The notes under the pieces: generated by a model | Database searches by the model: none | What the model was told of the DNA's origin: nothing | What the model saw: the letters and a program-made list of their open reading frames with translations, nothing else | Position numbers and translations under genes: made by a program | Shown here: piece by piece, positions 58,145 to 64,000 of the stretch | Layout of the letters: every line of letters starts with the position of its first letter | Numbering within the stretch: the stretch's first letter is position 1 | NCBI GenBank assembly: GCA_012295275.1 | Contig: CM022674.1 | Coordinates: 11,532,001-11,596,000 of the forward strand | From: Chrysomallon squamiferum | Taxonomy: Eukaryota; Animalia; Mollusca | DNA: 64,000 nucleotides | Direction of reading: 5' to 3'

Positions 58145-58306
58145 TGAATATCTATCTGTATATCTATCTGTATATCTATCTGTATATCTATCTGAATAGC
58201 TATCTGTATATATATCTGTATATCTATCTGAATAGCTATCTGTATATCTATCTGTATATCTATCTGTATATCTATCTGTATATCTATCTGTATATCTATC
58301 TGATTC
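58145..58306. repeat. 12-bp tandem repeat (ATCTATCTGTAT)n
   Basis: Directly visible; it produces the spurious YTDR ORF. Confidence 0.9.
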
Positions 58307-58369
58307 TGTGTACATCTATATCCCCTCTAACTTTATCTTGAAATCACTTTTTATCTTCTCTCCATTTTC

Positions 58370-58815
<446 letters not shown>

Positions 58816-59827
58816 CAGATAATAAATATAAACTGTAACTCGGCAAGACATACATGTCTAATTTAAAAAGAGAACACGACATGTTGACATCTGTTGTTAA
58901 AAACTGTATATCACAGCGGGCTGGATGTTATTTACATTTGACAACTGATGTTTACGTAGGTTTGTGGTTAAAAGTAAAAACCATTCAATTTACTTACTAC
59001 AGGGGACCGTTTTTCCGTGCGTGTGTGAGTGTACGTGAGTGTGTGAGTGTACGTGAGTGTGTGAGTATTTGTGAGTGTGCATCAGTGTGTGGATATAAGG
59101 GTTTGTGAAATATGATTTTGTAACTTGATAAAGTGAATGTGTATTGCGTGTGTGTGTGCGTGTGCATGTGTGTGTATATATCTGCAAAGCATTCAAAATA
59201 AAATCTATTTCAAAACATAACGTCGTGAAACAAAAATGACTCATAATAATAAAAAAAAAATGACCATCATGATTATTATGATGGTAAGTAAAAATAAGAA
59301 AGTAAAAGGTATATGCGATATCTCGTGATTAATATTCAAATGACTGTGTGTGTGTGTGTGTATGTATATATATATATATGCGTCTGTGTTTGTATGTATT
59401 TTAGAATTTAAATATTCATTGTTTTATGTACGTCTGAATAGATTCTGCACTTAGACTATATTCGGGAACGCACTGGCACAGGAGGACAAAGTCCAATCAC
59501 GACCTCACAAACTTCCGTCAGATGCCGCTGACGAGACTCGAACGTATGTCACCCATTCACCCGCACTCCGAAGGCGACGGCATTACTGGTCGGCTACCGA
59601 GACAACCTTGTGTACGTATATACGTATGTATGTATGAACGGATGAATATAGATACACAGTTCTCACATTACTCTGATTAAACACTGAAAATAACAATATA
59701 CATAAGCACACCGTAAGCAAATTGTATGACAATAACTGTTGAGTTTCCATATTTGATATCGCTGTTTTATTTCTCACTGACAGCACAGTTTCCCCACAGA
59801 CTAACACACACAGTTACTTTAAAGTGC

Positions 59828-59849
59828 TTCCTGCTTTCCAAGTATAAAT
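59828..59849 (+). promoter_or_regulatory. Core promoter TTCCTGCT..AAGTATAAAT, repeated at 63340-63360
   Basis: The same motif pair lies upstream of both peptide genes, in otherwise unalignable flanks. Confidence 0.65.
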
Positions 59850-59979
59850 TACACAACTCTGAGATAATTATTAGTTATTGTTGTTTTCTTATTTAATCTT
59901 TTAAAGTTAATTAAAACGCACAAAATAGTTGTAAATTACTGTGTCAAAACAGGTTTAAGTTTAGACGTTGACGTTGAAG

Positions 59980-61181
59980 ATGATGATGAAATTAGTAATC
60001 ATTTTAGCTGTCGTGTTCGGTAAGAAAGTTCGTTTTTTATTATTATTATTTTTTTTATGTTACGTGTACTGTTATGACGACTTCAGCGACAACAGCTGCA
60101 GCATGCACTGCGATATCTTACGTCATTTTATTACTACGTCATATACAGCTGCACATGGCTACGAAATATCCTTCATGTACTTTCTCATACAAGTATAATT
60201 ACTGGATGTAATTATCAAGTACAATCATAATTATCAAATACAGTCATAATTATCAAATAGAATCATTATTATCAAATACAGTCATAATTATCAAATTATA
60301 AACAAAGGGTAATAGACAAAAAATTTAATTAATTTAACTACTAAAATTACGGACTTTAACTGAGAGAAAATCATGTCTGTACCTGAACTTTCAAACAGAA
60401 AAAATAAAATATATACGAATTTTTATATAAATAACTAAATAAATAAATATATATATATATTTTCTTGGAATTGCATACTTCGATTAATATACGATAATTA
60501 TTGCATGTAAAACAGTTACTTAAACAGCTAGATCAACTACAGCAACAACAACAACAACAGCAGTAATACTGATATATATATTAGCTATAGCACAGACTAA
60601 GAAACAGTTCTAATAATCTAATAATCATGGCCTCACCGCTGTACTGTAAATACAATAATAATTCAATGCTACAGCATATCTATTTTTATTGTCATTTATT
60701 TATTTGTTTTATTTTATTTTATTTTATTTTATTTTATTTTATTTTATTTTATTTATTTATTTATTTATTTATTTTTTATTTCATATTTGTTGGTTTTAAT
60801 TATATTTAGTTAAAATTATTTGTTTTATTTTATTTTATTTATTTTAAATTAATTAATTAATTTTATTTATTTATTTATTTAAATATCTATTTATTTATTT
60901 TCTTTCTTTCTGTGTTTATATATTTTGTTTGTTTTTTTGTCTATTTTTTTTGTTTATTTATTTATTTACTTGTTTATTTATTTATTTTTTTTTTTATTTC
61001 AGCATACATCGTTGCTATGGGTGATGCTCACTGTCACAAATGTGGAGGAAGTTGTGGTAGCAGTTCAAAGAAAATCGTTGAAGTTGACGACCACGCCTTT
61101 TTCCAAACGTTGTTGGCGTTGAGTGCTGCTGCAGCTGGTGGGGCCGGTGGTGCAGTAGGTGGCGCTGGTTTCGGCAAATAG
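59980..61181 (+). CDS. Small secreted Cys/His- and Gly/Ala-rich peptide, copy 1, 72 aa
   Basis: Exons 59980-60019 and 61003-61181 give MMMKLVIILAVVFAYIVAMGDA-HCHKCGGSCGSSSKKIVEVDDHAFFQTLLALSAAAAGGAGGAVGGAGFGK. TATAAA at 59843. Probable 3'UTR intron 61215-61421 and AATAAA at ~61509. Confidence 0.85.
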
Positions 61182-61285
61182 AATGGTCATGTGACATACC
61201 TGGTTTACGTTCAGGTAATTTTACATGTATACTTATATACAATATAGACAGACATACAGTGAAATTAACAAATAACACACACACA

Positions 61286-61347
<62 letters not shown>

Positions 61348-63112
61348 TTTAACTAAGCCAATAAAGAAACAAACAGATGAATGAATGAACAATGAATAAT
61401 GTATTTAATCTTTTATTTCAGGCTGACTGGTGAACCGCTGTTGAAGATTATGAAAAAACAAACAGAAATTCTTCAGACTGTCTTAAACTGTTGTTAATTT
61501 ATTTGTTAAATAAACAGCTTGTTGAATTAACTATTTATTATCATTTTTATTATTATTATACACAACTACATACCCCAGTATGAGGATACTTTGTAATAAT
61601 ATTTTTATTTCGGGATGGACTTCTGTTACAGAATCTTAAAACCTTCCCATACCTTTTAATATTCTTGCAAGAATTTTTGCAGTGGTTATGGCAAGAGTCT
61701 TTTTGTTCATAAAATATATTTTTATTACGCAACATTAGTATAGTCAATGAACAAATATTTATTATTTATATATTACAATTCTTGACAGGGTTCCCCTCAC
61801 TTAAAATATTATTTTTGAACCAGAATAATTCATCCCTGAATCTAAAGTCAAGATGTTGTTTTTTCTATTAAGAAAATTAATATAGCCAGTATTAGTCACT
61901 TCACAAAGCTCTAAACAATTAATTATTTTAATTCCACGTCAAAATTCATAATAAAACTTCCTGAATCAGTAAAGAAATACCACAGAGAAAATTCTAAAGT
62001 ACTGATTACTAGTGTGTTATAAAATCTTTATTCAGGGCTAAAGATTTCACAACAAAAATTCATACTTGTATATGTATTGTCATTTGACTCTTAATTAAAA
62101 TCTTTAAACTGATAGTTGAATTATGTAACTGACAATTTTAAACGTACTCATGTTCTCTTTCGTTTATGAAATTTCAATTAGAGTACACTGCTATGAAAAT
62201 ATGAAAACATTTTTTAATGATTATATTAAACCTGTTTTTGTAATTAACGTGTAGTTAAGAATCAAAGCGATGAGAGAAGAAACACACTATAGCCATGATA
62301 ATGACTAATATAGTTCATTTAGCAAGAAGTGTTCATTCACATAAACCTTCCCAAAGGTGGGAAAGCACAAACGAAACCCTGCAATAGAAATCTTTTTGGA
62401 TCTGACAAAAACGTATCATACGTGGTACCACGTGAATTCTTTACTTGATTAAAGTCAAAGTTTTTACTTACTTAACTACCAACACAGGCGCAGACATCTA
62501 AGTCTCTTCAGGTTTTATTATCAGGACAAGTTTACATTTGTGTATATTTATTAAAACGTCTCTCCTCTCCAATATTCTGTTAAATTCTTTGGCTCCAGGA
62601 TTGTGTATGTTCAGTGCAGGCGTATTTGTCCTTTCAGATCTCTGAATGTTTGTATAACCTGTCGACTAATTAAACAATGATATGTGTTGTAGCGTAATTA
62701 AAAAGCCAAAAATATTAACTATCTTATTTTATCCGTTTAACGAAGCATTTTGTTATATTACTACTATTATTACCTCTGCTGTTACTACTACTACTGCTGC
62801 TGTTATTTCTTCTAATACAACAATAACAACTATAATACTACTAATACTACCAGTGCTTATAGTAGTAGTAGTAGTAGTAATAATAATAATAACAACAACA
62901 ACAATATTAGTAATAATAATAATTATGATCATCATCATTTTTGTGATAGTAATAATAATAAGAAAAGATCAAAAACAGCAATAACAGCAACAAAAATTAT
63001 AATAATAATAACAACAACAACAAAGGTTATGATGATAATGATAATAACGATAATAATAACGATGATGATAATGAAAATAATAACAACAACATCAACAACA
63101 ACCACAATAATG

Positions 63113-63144
<32 letters not shown>

Positions 63145-63427
63145 AATAATAACAACAACAATAACAACAACAACAACAACTACAGCTGATGCTGATTTGT
63201 TTTAAAAATAAAAGTGAAACTAAGAATATAAATATATAAATATATATTTTTTGTTAAAATTAACGACATCCGTCACAGTGTTGTATTTATGTTGACACTG
63301 ATGTCGCTGTTATCATACGGCGATTTTCTAAATAGGTATTTCCTGCTCGTAAGTATAAATACAACGTTAATTAAATTCAAACGTCAAAATTAAGCACGCT
63401 TTAGATAAGAAATAATATACATTCAAC

Positions 63428-63980
<553 letters not shown>

Positions 63981-64000
63981 AAAACATTTTTTATTAGAAT

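Overview
AT-rich, microsatellite-laden, intron-rich animal genomic DNA (a mollusc or other lophotrochozoan is my inference). Most ORFs in the supplied track are simple-repeat artefacts. Splicing by hand gives: (1) the 3' 21 exons of mitochondrial RNA polymerase POLRMT (+, 207-12403); (2) two convergent secreted chitin-binding (ChtBD2/peritrophin-A) genes with unusual tails, one Arg/Trp-rich (15982-17646, +) and one with three His-rich repeats (18638-21728, -); (3) a PARP12/ZAP-like gene (CCCH fingers, two WWE domains, H-Y-I PARP domain, repeat tail, CaaX box CVIQ; 26661-32650, -) interrupted by two similar single-A frameshifts; (4) an orphan ~95% identical copy of one POLRMT exon at ~35.8 kb; (5) two intact tandem 11-exon CYP4 genes (-) with patchy sequence identity suggestive of gene conversion; (6) two tandem genes for a 72-aa secreted HCxKCGGxC...FGK peptide (+). 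The most interesting items are the prenylatable ZAP-like PARP, the His-repeat chitin-binding protein and the small secreted peptide pair.
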